A stretch of DNA of 63,371 nt, filler included, from Ministeria vibrans ATCC 50519 (taxonomy: Eukaryota > Protista > Filasterea): NCBI GenBank assembly GCA_943704425.1. It is 7 parts of 7 records of this genome, joined end to end, with 100 filler letters (N's around TTAATTAATTAA, not from the genome) between each part and the next. Parts side by side here need not be neighbours in the genome. Positions count along the whole stretch, not along the records: positions 39,850 to 55,555 come from CALSCP010002060.1; positions 55,656 to 63,371 come from CALSCP010002059.1; 5 more parts are not named here. One strand, written 5' to 3'. The notes under the pieces are model-generated. The model had not been told where the DNA came from. It saw nothing but the letters and a program-made list of their open reading frames with translations, and did not search any database. The stretch's first letter is position 1. Each line of letters opens with the position of its first letter. This document shows, piece after piece, positions 48,801-60,807 of the stretch. The translations under genes and the position numbers were made by a program.

Positions 48801-51800
48801 GATTTTGTAGGCCATGCAGATGAAAGGGAAGTCGTTGGTGTCGTAGCCGGCGGCCGTCTGGTCAGTTTCAAGGCCTTGCGAGCCGACAAAGTTGACACCC
48901 CAGTTGCCTTCGGTCAGGTGCAGCGAGTAGGTGCCGCTAAAGGCAGTTGTCGAGCTAATGGTCGGTGCAGCACCAAACTCACCGGCAAGCCACGCGTCGC
49001 TCGAGCCGGGACCGCCCTCAAAGGTGTCAAGGTCGTAGAAGATGGCCGTTGACATGTCACTGTTATCGTCGGGATCAACAGCGAGAAGGGGCGCGCCAAT
49101 GGCAGCGCCAGTCGGAGCGCTGTCAAGCACCGCCACGGTCTGGTTCACCACGACGTAAGGCGGTTCGTTTTGGATGGAGATACACTGGGCACATGTGAGT
49201 TCCCAGAAATTCGTGTAGCCAGGCGCCATTGTGCCCTCCGCCTCAACTTGGTAGTAGCGCATGGCTGAATCGGCACCAATGCTGGAAAAGACAACGGGCT
49301 CAGGAGATTTTTCAAGGCAAATGTAGTCGCTTGCATAGTTGCTATAGTGAGACGACATGAGGTAGCCGTTGTAGGCGGTGCGAAATCCCCAGGGACAAAT
49401 CTGGGAGCCAGGTAGAGTGAAGGAGGTGGCCACTGCGGCCTGACAGACCGCGCAACTGAGGTCCTCCTTGTAAATGTAGTTGTTCTCGCTTTGTGGCCAA
49501 CTCGACTGGTACACTTCGGCGCGGTAAATGAGAGCGCCAGTGTTGGACGACGTCGAGTATGTGTTGGTCTCGGGGAAGTACTTGGCGGGGGGCAGACAGA
49601 GAGTGTCGGAGCCGGAGCCGGTGTGGCCGTAGTACTTGCTTGCCATGAAACCTTGGTACAAGAGAGCATCAGGGTTGTTGCAGTCGCGCGCGCCCCAACG
49701 TGTGTAGGAGGGACCACCGTTGGAAGAGCACATGGAACAGGTGAGCTCCTTGTAATTGGTGTAGTCCCACGGGCCAAAGTCGCTGCTCTGAGGCTCGGTC
49801 GGATACATGTAATTGGCAGAGTCGGCCGAACCTGAGCCGGCTGGGTCAGCCTCAGCGTTGCGGTCCATACAAGTCCACGTTGTCGCGTAGTAGTTCGACG
49901 TGTAGTAGTTTGCCATGAGAAAACCATTGTACTCTTGAGTCCAGCCGACGGGGCACTCGGTGGTGCCGGGCACCATGAGTGTGGTAGGACGTCCAATGGT
50001 CTCGCAGCGCACACACGGAACGTCTCGGCTGTTGAGGCCCGTCAAAGCACTGATTCCATAGCCCGAGGTCTTGTACTCGCTTCGGTAGACGTATCTAAAA
50101 GGGACGCCAAGAAAGGATTAGATGGTGTAGAATAGTTGACAAACAAAAAGTCGCAAAATACAAACTTACGCGCCGCCATTGCTCGATGCAGACGATTCGG
50201 CCCAAAGGGGTGACTCGGTGAAGCACTGTGGATCGACTCCGCTGCCAGAGTGTGAGTAATGCTTGCCACCGACGTGACCCTGATAGATTTCAGTACTGCC
50301 AGCGGGACACTCGGTGCGACCCCAGCGCACGTAAGTGCCAAGACCAGCGCCTGACGCACCCACGGATGGACTCGTTGCATTTTTCATGCATACAGCACAG
50401 GTAAACTCACGACCCTGGTCGGCTTCGTAAGCGCCAGGAAGACCAACTTCTTCGGCGGGGTACGCACGACCTTGATTCGAGGCAGAGGCGAGACCCAGGC
50501 CCTGCGCGACGTCCGACACACACATGAAGTTGAGGCCCCACTGGCTGGTGTAGGCAGCGGCAAAGAGGTAGCCCTTGTAGACGGTGGTCCAGTCGCCTTC
50601 GGAGGGGCACGCAAGTGTACCAGGAATCATAAAGGTTGCGGCAGGCTTGGAGGGGCGGCAGACAGCACAGGGCATCTCGTAGCCATTGAGAGCTTGCATG
50701 CTGGTCATGCCGTGGGTCGACGCGATGACGTATTCGAGAGGGTAGAGACGACCGCCCGCGTCGTTGCTCGTGGACACGTTCATGTAGTTGACATTGTGTG
50801 TCATGCACTGGACATTGGTGCCGGAACCGGCCGAGGAGTAGTAGTGAGCGGCAGCACTTCCCTCGTACACTATATCGGTGCCGGCGGGACAGTCACGTCG
50901 ACCCCAGTGTGTAAAAGTGTCGGCCTGCCCGCCCTGAACAGACTCGGGAAGGATTTTGACAATGACAAAGCCGTTGCCGGAGATACCACCCGAGTGAGCA
51001 GCAACCGAAACAACCACCTCGGGCTGTCGCAAAGCGCTGAGCAAACCCGCCTGTTGCACAAAGAGCTGACCGTCCGATGTGATGTTGAAGGCACCGCCGG
51101 CCGTGTCCGACACAATGCTCCACGTTGGCTTTGCATCCCATACGCCCGCATTGCGTTGACGCTCAAACAGGACATTGGGCTCTGACAACGACGTGATGCA
51201 AAAGTCGTCGATCTGTTGAAGGAAAGAACAATAAAATAGTGTGAGTATTTTTCATGTTTTTCAATTTTTGTGATTGATTACCCAGAATCCGCCTCTCGAG
51301 GTACTGCCGGCGTTTCCATGGTCGGCCGGAAGGAAGATGACGGCCGAGATGAAGTAAGGGTCGGTGCCAACAAAGCCGTTGAGTTGGGTGCGGACGTTGA
51401 TGCAGCGCCAGTGCCACTGATCATCGTCAAAGACAGTGCCCCACGATCCACCTTTGGGGGTGGTGGGGGTCTCACCGCCGGTCATGGTCAGCGAGTACCA
51501 GGTGGTGCCGACGAGGATGGCCATGTTGGCCTGGACACCCTTTGGAATGCGGTAGGCCATGCACATCCAGGGGAACAGGTCGAGGTTGTAGCCGCCGGCC
51601 GATTGACCCGCCTCGACTCCGTCAGCACCCTCGAAGTTGCGCCCGTAACTTCCATCGCCCATGTACAGCGAATAAGAGCCACGGTAGGCGGTGGTGTTGG
51701 TCACGGTGGGGTTTCCGCCGTTGCGGGTCGTCCAGTCATCGGCACTGCCTGGGCCTCCTTCAAATGTGTCCAGCTATGCAACATCAAACAAACACGAGTC

Positions 51801-52746
51801 AGTGACTTGAGAGGTTTCGTTTCGCGATTGATTTACATCGTAAAAGTTGTTGGTCGTGACTTCAATGTCGCTGTCAGGATCGGTGGCGACAACGAGTGGG
51901 CCCACGGGAGTGCCGAATGCGGCGGATTCGACGGCAAAGGCCGACTGATTGGCAACGACAGGAGGCGAGTCGACGAGAAGTTCGCAGACGGTACAGGTCG
52001 TCTCCCAAAAGTTGTTGTAGTAGGGCAAAGAGGGACCGCCTGAGGTCTCTGTTTCGACGGGACTGAATTCGGCGGAGACAGAGACGCTAATGTCGGAGAA
52101 GGAGGTGGTGGCGGCCGCCTTGTCGACGCAAATGTACTGTGTGCTGTGGACGGTGTACTTTGGCGCCATGATGTAGCCGTTGTACACGGTCACGTACTTC
52201 TGCGGACACTGCGAGCCGCCCATGACTGTGGTGACCTTGGGCGAAGTGGTGAGACAGACGGTACAGGCGGGTGTCTCACGATTGACCCGGTTCATTGATG
52301 TGATGCCAAGGCCCGACGTGTAGTACTCGGCGCTGTAGAGGAAGCCGCCATTGTTGCCGCTGCTGCTGTGGTACGTAGTGCCAGGGTACAACTAATGGAG
52401 GGAAAAAAATGAATGCAAAAGATGAAGAGACAGACAATGGGATGGTGTACCTGTCCCTCCGGGTGCATACAGAGGGCATTGTTGCCACTTCCGTCATACG
52501 ACGAGTACGACGAAGAGGTGCCCGTGTCACCATAGTTGATATTGGCCGCAATGAAACCCGAGTAAACGAGGGTGTCCTTGCTGGGGCAGGTGAGGCCGGC
52601 CCAGCGGGTGTAGAGGGTGCCCGTGTTGGCAGAGCAGTGCACACATGGGATTTCATAGCTGTTGCGGTATGTTTCGGTGGTGCCGCCTTGCCACTCGGTT
52701 GGGTACCACTGGGCATTACTGATGTGTAAGAAAATAAAGAAGTGTA

Positions 52747-52777
<31 letters not shown>

Positions 52778-54513
52778 AAGAATCAAAATATTGATAGAGA
52801 AATAAAGTAAGTAACAGGCACATGACAACTAGTTGGTCGTACGAAGAGACGAAGGTGCCCGAGGAGGGGGTTGCATCCTTGTCAATACAGACATACTGCT
52901 GCTGGTCGTGGGTGTAGTAGGCGGACATGTAGACGCCCTGGTAGTCGGTGGTGAAGCCATTGGGGCACTCGTAGCGACCGGGCACGGTGACGGAGGATTG
53001 ACGCTGTTTGGTCTCGCACACGGCACAAGGGATGTTGGTATTGGACAAATCCGTAAACGCACTAATGCCATAGCCAGACGTGATGTAGCGCAGTACATCA
53101 AGACGCGCATCGGCCTGCAATCCCGCGACTGTTTCATCAAATGCCGGATTGGGAGTCAGACTAATAATATTAATGAGAATAATAATAACAATAGTAAAGT
53201 ATGGTGAGACGATGAAAATCATAATAAATTATTTATGATAAGGTATTCTGTTATCGCTTGCGATCGTACCATTGGGGAGCACTTGTGCCTCCGTTTTCAT
53301 TGTAGCGGGACGACGCTGTCTGGCCGGCGTAGATCAAGGTGGATTCGGAGTCACACACATCTCGACCCCAGCGAATGTAAACAGAGCCGAAGGACTAAAA
53401 TAAGAAAGATGTATTGGGGAAAAAAAAAAAAAAAAAAAAAAAAAAACGTCAGAATAATCTTGTGGGTTTTGTGGGCTTTTTTACGTTTGTCGACTCTGTG
53501 TCCTTGACACACTGAGCACAGGTCATTTCCTGGCCAGAGGGCTGGTACTGCTCGCCCTTGAGGGTGTTGGTCTCGATGGGATAGACGCGAGAGCCGTCTG
53601 TGGCAGCGCCAACGCCGACAGGGGCGTTGTTGATGCAGACGGCGGAGGTTTTGTAGTTGTTGGCGCCAGACGAGAACAGGTGGCCACGGTAGGCGGCCTT
53701 GTACCCCGCCGGGCACGTGTATGAGCCTGGCTGCATGAACGTGGGCGTGTCGCTGGTGCAGATGGCACACGGAAGCTGCTGGTTGACGATGGGGGCGAGC
53801 CAGGGTAGGGCCGTCCAGGTTGCGGAGACGCTCGGCTGATAAGTCGCGTACAGGCGACCCGACGCCTCGCTGCCGGTGGAAAACTCCATGTAATTGACGT
53901 CCGACGTCATGCACAGAAAGTTGGGGCCGCTGCCTTGGGCGCCGGAGTAACCTCCTGCGAGAAACAAGGAAGAGGGAACGAGGAAAAAAAAAGAAGGTCA
54001 AGTGCCACGAGAAAACCTCACAAAATCCCGTTGAAACTGTCGGTCCATCCGCAATGGCGGTAGTGTTAATGAAAGGGGGGGGGTTTAGCTGAACGTCGGG
54101 GGATTTTAGACGGTGCAGGAGCTGAGATGTTTGGTCAACTGATAAAAGCGTGGGATTTTTTTTTTGGGTCTCGGTTCGTCTCAGGAGTTGAGAGAGTGGA
54201 GCCATTAAACGAGCTTAGATTATGAAGGAATGTGATTGGATATAAGTACAAGCCAATATAGGATAAAGGGGAGAGCGGAGATGAAGATTTAAGGGGCAAG
54301 AGGGAGTGGACAAATGGAGAACGCGCGAGAAGGGTCCGATATAAGGTCCACCGCAAACGTACCCGCCATCCGGCCCTGCAGAATAAAATCCGTGCCGTTT
54401 GGACACGAGGTCACACCCCAGTTGATAAACATGGTAGATGAGTATCCGTCTGAATAGTCGTTTGTGGCGAAAGCACAGTAGGCCAACGCAAGAATCGCGA
54501 CCAAACGTCTCAT
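39850..54513 (-). CDS. Giant secreted multidomain protein: at least 5 copies of [3 short-chain-collagen/NC1-like domains + cadherin-like domain with inserted ~170-aa domain]; 3'-truncated
   Basis: Signal peptide 'MRRLVAILALAYCAFA'; 15 domains with '[YF]xRWGxxxCP...VPCAVC...PGxxxCPxG[WY]...ELxCxxC'; cadherin motifs 'NxPP', 'PLxAxDPD', 'LFxIxxxTGQL', 'LDYE'; exons join via GT-AG introns. Confidence 0.85.
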
Positions 54514-54934
54514 TGACGGTTTGGTTGTCGCGTTTTCGATGATCGAAATAGAGAAAGAGAGGGAGAGGTGGTTGGAGAAGCAGTGTCCAAAGGACTCACT
54601 CACAAAGTGAAACGAGGCGCAAAAACACTGATTAAAAATTTTTTTTCTCTGATCACATTTAAGTGCTGGGCGGTGATGTCTCGGGCTCTGCCACAGCCCG
54701 TTAGTTGGATGACTCGCAATCGCGATTTGTTTTTTCCCCGATGACATCATCGTAGTCTATGCATCAACGCAATTTGATGATCACCACACCAATGGGCGGC
54801 AATGACCAGTTTTTGGATATGGGAGAATCGAATTGATAACGCATCTTGAAAAAAAAAATTTACAAAAAAAAAACTTTTTGGGTACGTGGGTACAGTGTGA
54901 TGGTCTATGGGAAAGTAATAAACTTATTTTATTT

Positions 54935-55523
54935 TCACAATTCATCGTTCTCCTCGACGGGCGGCACGCCGTCCTTGCCGTCCCAGGGCGCCGTCTTGAC
55001 GAGTTTAGGGTCGCCCTTGGGAAGCGACATGGTGCGTTCCTTTCCGGTCATAAGACCCCCAATAAACTCACCAATGGACTTGACGGCAAAGCCACCGCGC
55101 AGAACCGCATAGCGACCCTTCTTGACGTTCATAGCAACCATCGCTGAAAATGAGAAGAGTGATGAAAAGAAACGATGAGTTGGAGGTTCGTTAAGGGGAA
55201 CAAAAAGAAACACACAAAAGACACAGACACACCAAGCCAAACACGGTCTTACCGGGGTAGCCAAAGCCACCGACACCGACAGACTCTTCAAAGGCAAACT
55301 GAGCGGCAGCCTCGGCCCAGACATACTTTACTGGCTTGCGCTTGTACTTGTCGGCGACCTTTGTAAGCGTGTCGAGGTAAGCATTGCGCCCAGACGCTTG
55401 GCTGTCGAGAATATGCGGCAGGAATGCCACGACGCACAGCGAGGTTGTCTTGCACACGTCGTCAAAAACACTGCTCGAGGTCAGCTCGACTGGCTTGGGC
55501 GCCGGAAGGTTGGCAGCGACCTC
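54935..55523 (-). CDS. PDIA6: Protein disulfide-isomerase A6 (P5), C-terminal exons
   Basis: 'LCVVAFLPHILDSQASGRNAYL', 'GGFGYP|AMVAMN', 'PWDGKDG', ER-retention signal NDEL*. Confidence 0.9.
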
Positions 55524-55763
55524 CTACGATGAAAAAAAAGAGGAAGAAAAAAAAANNNNNNNNNNNNNNNNNNNNNNNNNNNNNNNNNNNNNNNNNNNNT
55601 TAATTAATTAANNNNNNNNNNNNNNNNNNNNNNNNNNNNNNNNNNNNNNNNNNNNCACATGTTTGCGTGCACTGCATCTGGGGTTAGTGGTATAGAGCGC
55701 GCCCTGGGCGTACTACAGGCAGGCTTTCAAGAATGGTTGAAGGATGCGTCACAGGATGGTGCG

Positions 55764-55793
55764 AACCCTAACCCTAACCCTAACCCTAACCCT
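55764..55793 (+). repeat. Interstitial telomeric-type repeat (AACCCT)5; a shorter tract at 56015-56029
   Basis: Direct reading of CCCTAA units. Confidence 0.9.
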
Positions 55794-56010
55794 CTCATTT
55801 CGTCAGTTTTTTTCCTCTTTCCACCATCACATAGTCCTGAAGAAGTGTATTGACTACACGAAACGTTGAATCTCTGTGCTGGAACGCCCAAGGTATCAAA
55901 ACTCGACGAAACTTTCACTCTTTCATTTTTTTCAAATTTTTCCAATAGGGTCAAGTAGCACCTTTGGCCCTATTGCCGTCTTCGACACCCTTCCAACAGG
56001 CTTCATTCTT

Positions 56011-57490
56011 TTATCCTAACCCTAACCCAAACTCGAGCGATGCGACCACCTGGGTCTTGAATCCGTCGCTCTCTCCCTCGTCTTCAGAGTCATTTACGAC
56101 CGTGGAGTCGGCAGCCTTCGCACCGACCTCCTGGACCTTGGATCCGTCACTCTCGCCCCCATCGACAGCGTGGTCGACGACCGTGTCGCCGTTGGAGTCG
56201 GCACCCTTCTCACTTGCGAGTCGACCAACTTCCTGGGACTTGGATCCGTCGCTGACGACTGCGGCGGCAGTGGGGTCACCATCCTTCTCATTGGCGAGTT
56301 GGACAGCCTCCTGGGACTTAGATCTGTCGCTCTCACCCTCGTCGTCAGGGTCTTCGATCTCGCTAAAGACTCCAGCGATCACCTCAGGGTTGGATCCGTC
56401 ACTCTCGCCCTTGTCGTCGCCGGGGACCGTGGTGGTGTAGGCATCTTTCTCACTGGAAACCCCTTGAGAGTTTGAGCTGGCACTCTCGCTCTTGTCGCTG
56501 GAGACCTCAGCGCGCGCCCGTTTGTGTTTCGGTGACAGACTTGCCTCGTGCGCAACCTGCCGCTTTCGCTCGTTCTGGAGTGCAGCGCCGCCCGGTTCCT
56601 CCACTGCGCGCGTGAGCCAGTTGAGTGCGCGGTGCAGTGGCTCAAGCGTACGATCAGTGACGGGGATGCGCGGCATGAGCTGGTCGAGGCCGGGGTCGTT
56701 GACGTATTGCAAGCGCTTGTCTTTGTTGAAGAAGGCGCAGTCTTTTGCGAAAACAAAAGGTCCGATTGTTTCGTGTGAAACACTGTACTGTTTCAGGTCC
56801 GGACCCACATCGTCGCCGTCAAACACGCCGTAGAAAGTGACTTCGGGGTCGTCGCACGACATCTTGATCACGGGGTAGGCGACGGCCGTGGTCGCTGGCG
56901 AAATCGCGTCCACCTCGCGCGTTCCCAACTCCAAATGCGTAAGCACAGAGACACATGCACGCACAGCCTCCACAGGAACGCGAGACCATGCTTCGAGCAT
57001 GCCCTTGTTGACAGCCTTGCCACCTTCCCGGAGCCCCTGCCCCAGACAACGCAGATACGGGAGTATCACGGAGTCGTACTCGGCCTTATATTGCAACAGT
57101 GCTTCGACAGCGAGACGGACGAGCTCGTGACACTGTGCAAAGGCCCTGACCACCGCGTCGGTGAAGACGTCTGGACACACCTCTGCGTAGCGATCGAGCG
57201 TCTCCTTGCGCGGCCATGCCAGCTGGTGCCGCCGGATCGTGTTGCTCTCAGACTAGCCAATTGCACAGCCCGGCTTGAGACCGAGTACGCTATTTAATAG
57301 CTTTAATAGCTGCACTCGCATTGGCAGAGCCCAGAGCCGACGCTGCCTCATACACTCCCACCGCCTTCTCGTAGTCCTGCCAGAATCACGAGTCAGCAGC
57401 GACCCACTCACACATCTAACCACACCTGGCTGACACCACGGCCATACCCGTAACACACACCAAGATTGTACTTTGCGTTGGCAGAGCCCA
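56011..57490 (-). CDS. Hypothetical protein or pseudogene: partial Sel1-like repeat, unknown domain, acidic 'GESDGSxxQEV' repeats
   Basis: Spliced 'GSANAKYNLGVCYGYGRGVSQ|DYEKAVGVYEAASALGSANA' is Sel1-like; the main exon ends in telomere-derived GLGLG*; no start codon found. Confidence 0.5.
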
Positions 57491-57621
57491 GAACTCTCTC
57501 TCCAAATAAAACTACTCCTCTGTATATTGGTTCATAATTTTAAAGGCAGGCTGCAACCCACGGAGAAGAAACCCAAAGGCGGCAAGCACGCAAAAGCGGA
57601 TATTATCCGCAAACCAGCCAC

Positions 57622-59148
57622 TCAGGATCGGATCTCGAACAAGAGAGCAGGGTGGTTGAGGAGGAAGTCTCGTTCGTCGGCGGTAAGCCGATTGATAGCG
57701 TGACGGGTGCTCGAAGATATCTTGAATTTGTCGCAGAAAGTTCGGTGCAGCTGAGCCGATGACGCGGTGGTGGTATTGTAGTACTGAGTTCGCACGTCTA
57801 GTTGTTCCGAGTGCACAACGAAGTCGATGGGGTTCTCACGGCGTCCTTCTGAAACTTCGCAGACACGGGCACACTTGAGGCGCATGTTCTGGAACTTCTT
57901 CATTTTCGAGGCCATGTGCTTGTCATTGAAGTCGCCAGCAGCGACAATAGGCAGTCGCACCCCACGACGTATCTCAGCCTGACGGTATACACGCGTGAGA
58001 ACACCGTCGGCGCGCTGGGCGTCGCCGCTGCCCTCTTGTGCGCAGTGAACACTTGCAAAAGCGTACGTTGTATCAGTCGCCACCGAGGTCGCCTTCACAA
58101 CCAGCTCGCGGCCCCTAAGGCCTTGGGTTAGAACCTGCACGTTGGCCCAGTCCGACTTCTTCAGAGCGACGATGATCTTGAAACTCGAGTTGCTCTCGTC
58201 GACGATGCTGAACGACTCGTAGAGCGCCAAACTCTCCTTAAGCTTTCCCTGATCCGACCAGGATTCTTGCAGCAGCACCACACTTGGTTGCTCGTGAGCT
58301 ATTTCCTCAGCAACGATAGTCAGCCGCAGGTCGGCACATCGACCGTCGGCGACGTTTTGGCAGAGACAAATCAGTTGGCTCCCCTCGCCAACAGTCGAAA
58401 CGCTCGCATCGTCGGCAAAGGTATCATCGTCGCTCAGCATCTCGTCGTCATGGGCAGCACCGCCTGCAACAGTGAAGCCGGCAGCCTGCAGCTTGGTAAC
58501 GAGTGCCGGTCCCACACCCGACACGGTGAGGACGTCGTCCCAGCAGGAAAACGGGCGGGCGGCCACAAGCGCGGCTGCCTTGGCCGGTCCGACGCCGACG
58601 ACACCCTCCAGCTGCCCCGTCGTTGCTGTGTTCAGCGACGCTCCGTGGCTGCTGTCAGTGTGTGCTGTCGTACTGCGGGATGATGTTGTCGCCCCGCGGG
58701 CCGCAGCACCGCCTGCAACAGTGAAGCCGGCAGCCTGCAGCTTGGTAACGAGTGCCGGTCCCACACCCGACACGGTGAGGACGTCGTCCCAGCAGGAAAA
58801 CGGGCGGGCGGCCACAAGCGCGGCTGCCTTGGCCGGTCCGACGCCGACGACACCCTCCAGCTGCCCCGTCGTTGCTGTGTTCAGCGACGCTCCGTGGCTG
58901 CTGTCAGTGTGTGCTGTCGTACTGCGGGATGATGTTGTCGCCCCGCGGGCCGCAGCACCGCCTGCAACAGTGAAGCCGGCAGCCTGCAGCTTGGTAACGA
59001 GTGCCGGTCCCACACCCGACACGGTGAGGACGTCGTCCCAGCAGGAAAACGGGCGGGCGGCCACAAGCGCGGCTGCCTTGGCCGGTCCGACGCCGACGAC
59101 ACCCTCCAGCTGCCCCGTCGTTGCTGTGTTGATGTTTGTTGTTGCCAT
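57622..59148 (-). CDS. Three ComEA-type helix-hairpin-helix domains plus an EEP (exonuclease/endonuclease/phosphatase) domain; EEPD1-like architecture, intronless
   Basis: 'NINTAT..QL..V.GVGPAKA..LV..RPF....DV..V.GVG' x3; EEP motifs 'QNV', 'LLQE', 'SVH', 'AGDFN', 'IDFV', 'NH'. Confidence 0.8.
   Translation of the reverse strand: MATTNINTATTGQLEGVVGVGPAKAAALVAARPFSCWDDVLTVSGVGPALVTKLQAAGFTVAGGAAARGATTSSRSTTAHTDSSHGASLNTATTGQLEGVVGVGPAKAAALVAARPFSCWDDVLTVSGVGPALVTKLQAAGFTVAGGAAARGATTSSRSTTAHTDSSHGASLNTATTGQLEGVVGVGPAKAAALVAARPFSCWDDVLTVSGVGPALVTKLQAAGFTVAGGAAHDDEMLSDDDTFADDASVSTVGEGSQLICLCQNVADGRCADLRLTIVAEEIAHEQPSVVLLQESWSDQGKLKESLALYESFSIVDESNSSFKIIVALKKSDWANVQVLTQGLRGRELVVKATSVATDTTYAFASVHCAQEGSGDAQRADGVLTRVYRQAEIRRGVRLPIVAAGDFNDKHMASKMKKFQNMRLKCARVCEVSEGRRENPIDFVVHSEQLDVRTQYYNTTTASSAQLHRTFCDKFKISSSTRHAINRLTADERDFLLNHPALLFEIRS
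58454..59130. repeat. Essentially identical 249-bp (83-codon) tandem repeat, ~2.7 copies
   Basis: The same sequence recurs at 58493, 58742 and 58991. Confidence 0.95.
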
Positions 59149-60590
59149 TCTACAAAAGACATAAAATCAACGTTGTCATAAAACCGTCCAAAATCGCTTC
59201 TATCGCCTTTCCGGGCTCAGATATATCTACCCACTTCATTTCAGTAGCGAATCGAAGGGGTTTGTGCAAGTTTTCCGCTTCGATAGCACCCCACGAACAC
59301 TCCACGAGAAACCAGTGCAAACATCTACTCAGTGCCGACAGCCAGATTCGAGACAAAGGACCTCAAGGCGCGGTAGCGTTGAGCATATGCTTACAACCCC
59401 CGCTTATAGATGAACTCACTTCACACACTCTCGACCATTTCAGCTAGCGAGATTGAGGCAAAGCAACATGAACAGAAAAAAACGCCTTCTCCAACAAATC
59501 ACCCCCATTTCCCTCCAAGCCCCACCACTTCACCCCCATAGGCCCATATAACAACACATGGTGGACGAGCTGGCCAAATCCAATATCACGGAAACGAGTG
59601 TTGGCGAGCAGGGCGATGTTTCGGGAACAAAAATTTAAAAGAGCAACTCGCACCGCCGTTTACCACCACACAGCCTGCAACAGAGCCATCAGCGCGGCGC
59701 CAAACATCCAACACTCACTCCCTACACCCATAAGATATTCTATTATTTGCAGGCGCTAGCGGATAGGGCGAGTGTATCGGTTCACACAATAAAATGAAAA
59801 AAAAATAATAATGAGCGAGAGCGGCTCTCACAAGAAATCACCGCCCTCCGCCATCATACATCTTTCATAAACACACTATATACATACATATGCAACGTTG
59901 TGCCCAAAAGCCACGCCCCGATTTGCAGAGGTTAGCAGTGTTTTTCTGAGAGTTAGTCACAAAACGGAAATAAGCGAGAACGGAGAACGCCGGCCAAAGA
60001 AATTCTCACACTCTTAAGCATCGTCGTTTACACAGGTGGCAACCAACAATCAACCCCTGATCCAAACGGCGGACGGCGATTTGCAAGAAACCGGTTGGTT
60101 CAGGTCCAACTGTTCCGGCCACTGCAGCCATCGCGACAATTCATAAGCGAGACAACTCCATATACGGACTTACTGTTCTCCTTGGCTGTGGCAATGAGCA
60201 ATGACTATTTATTTGAAGAGTAAAGAGTTCCTGTGGTTGCAACTCCCTGATGAATGAATGACCATAGTCATTCATTCCCTGATCCACCTATTTTCTTGCC
60301 CTCCCCGCCTCCAATACGCCGATGCGGGCGACGGGAGTCAAACAGAAGTGTCTGAGAAGTAAGTGGAAGATGCCGAAGAAAGCGACGACTGAAGCGGTGA
60401 AAGGTGCCCAAGAGTGGTACCAGAACCACGTCGAGAGTCCCAGTACCTAAAACAAAAAGTCAACAAATAAAGCGGACGATTGGTCTCGTATTATAAGGCT
60501 GCGATTTACTGTACTTGCTGTGGAAGATAAAAGTATGGAGTATAGTACCGCAATGGAAGAAGAAAGTTTATTCAGAAAAGAAGAGAAATA

Positions 60591-60807
60591 CTGTGCGCTC
60601 ATAAACGCGCCTGAAAAAATTAATTCCGGAAAAAAAATCAGCAACTTGGGCTCAATCGTGTGCATAGGACATAGGTCATGACTCATGAGTCATGACTCAT
60701 GAGAGCGCCCTGGCGCGAGTTTCAGCGAAACGTATATTTTTCCTAACTGTAAAAGTTGCTGAAAATCTTTGGAATTAAATTTTTCAGGCGCGTTTATGAG
60801 CGCACAG
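60591..60807. mobile_element. MITE-like element, 217 bp, ~37-bp TIRs, TA flanks (Tc1/mariner-type)
   Basis: TA|CTGTGCGCTCATAAACGCGCCTGAAAAAATTAATTCC ... GGAATTAAATTTTTCAGGCGCGTTTATGAGCGCACAG|TA (1 mismatch). Confidence 0.8.

Noticed and set aside
26215-55655. Recurrent TTAATTAATTAA palindromes as biological motifs, and an apparent adhesion-gene cluster (EGF protein, adhesin, NC1-cadherin protein)
   Set aside because: These are artificial linkers joining unrelated contigs, so adjacency is not synteny
58454-59130. CRISPR-like array or LTR
   Set aside because: No spacers; it is an in-frame coding tandem repeat in eukaryotic DNA
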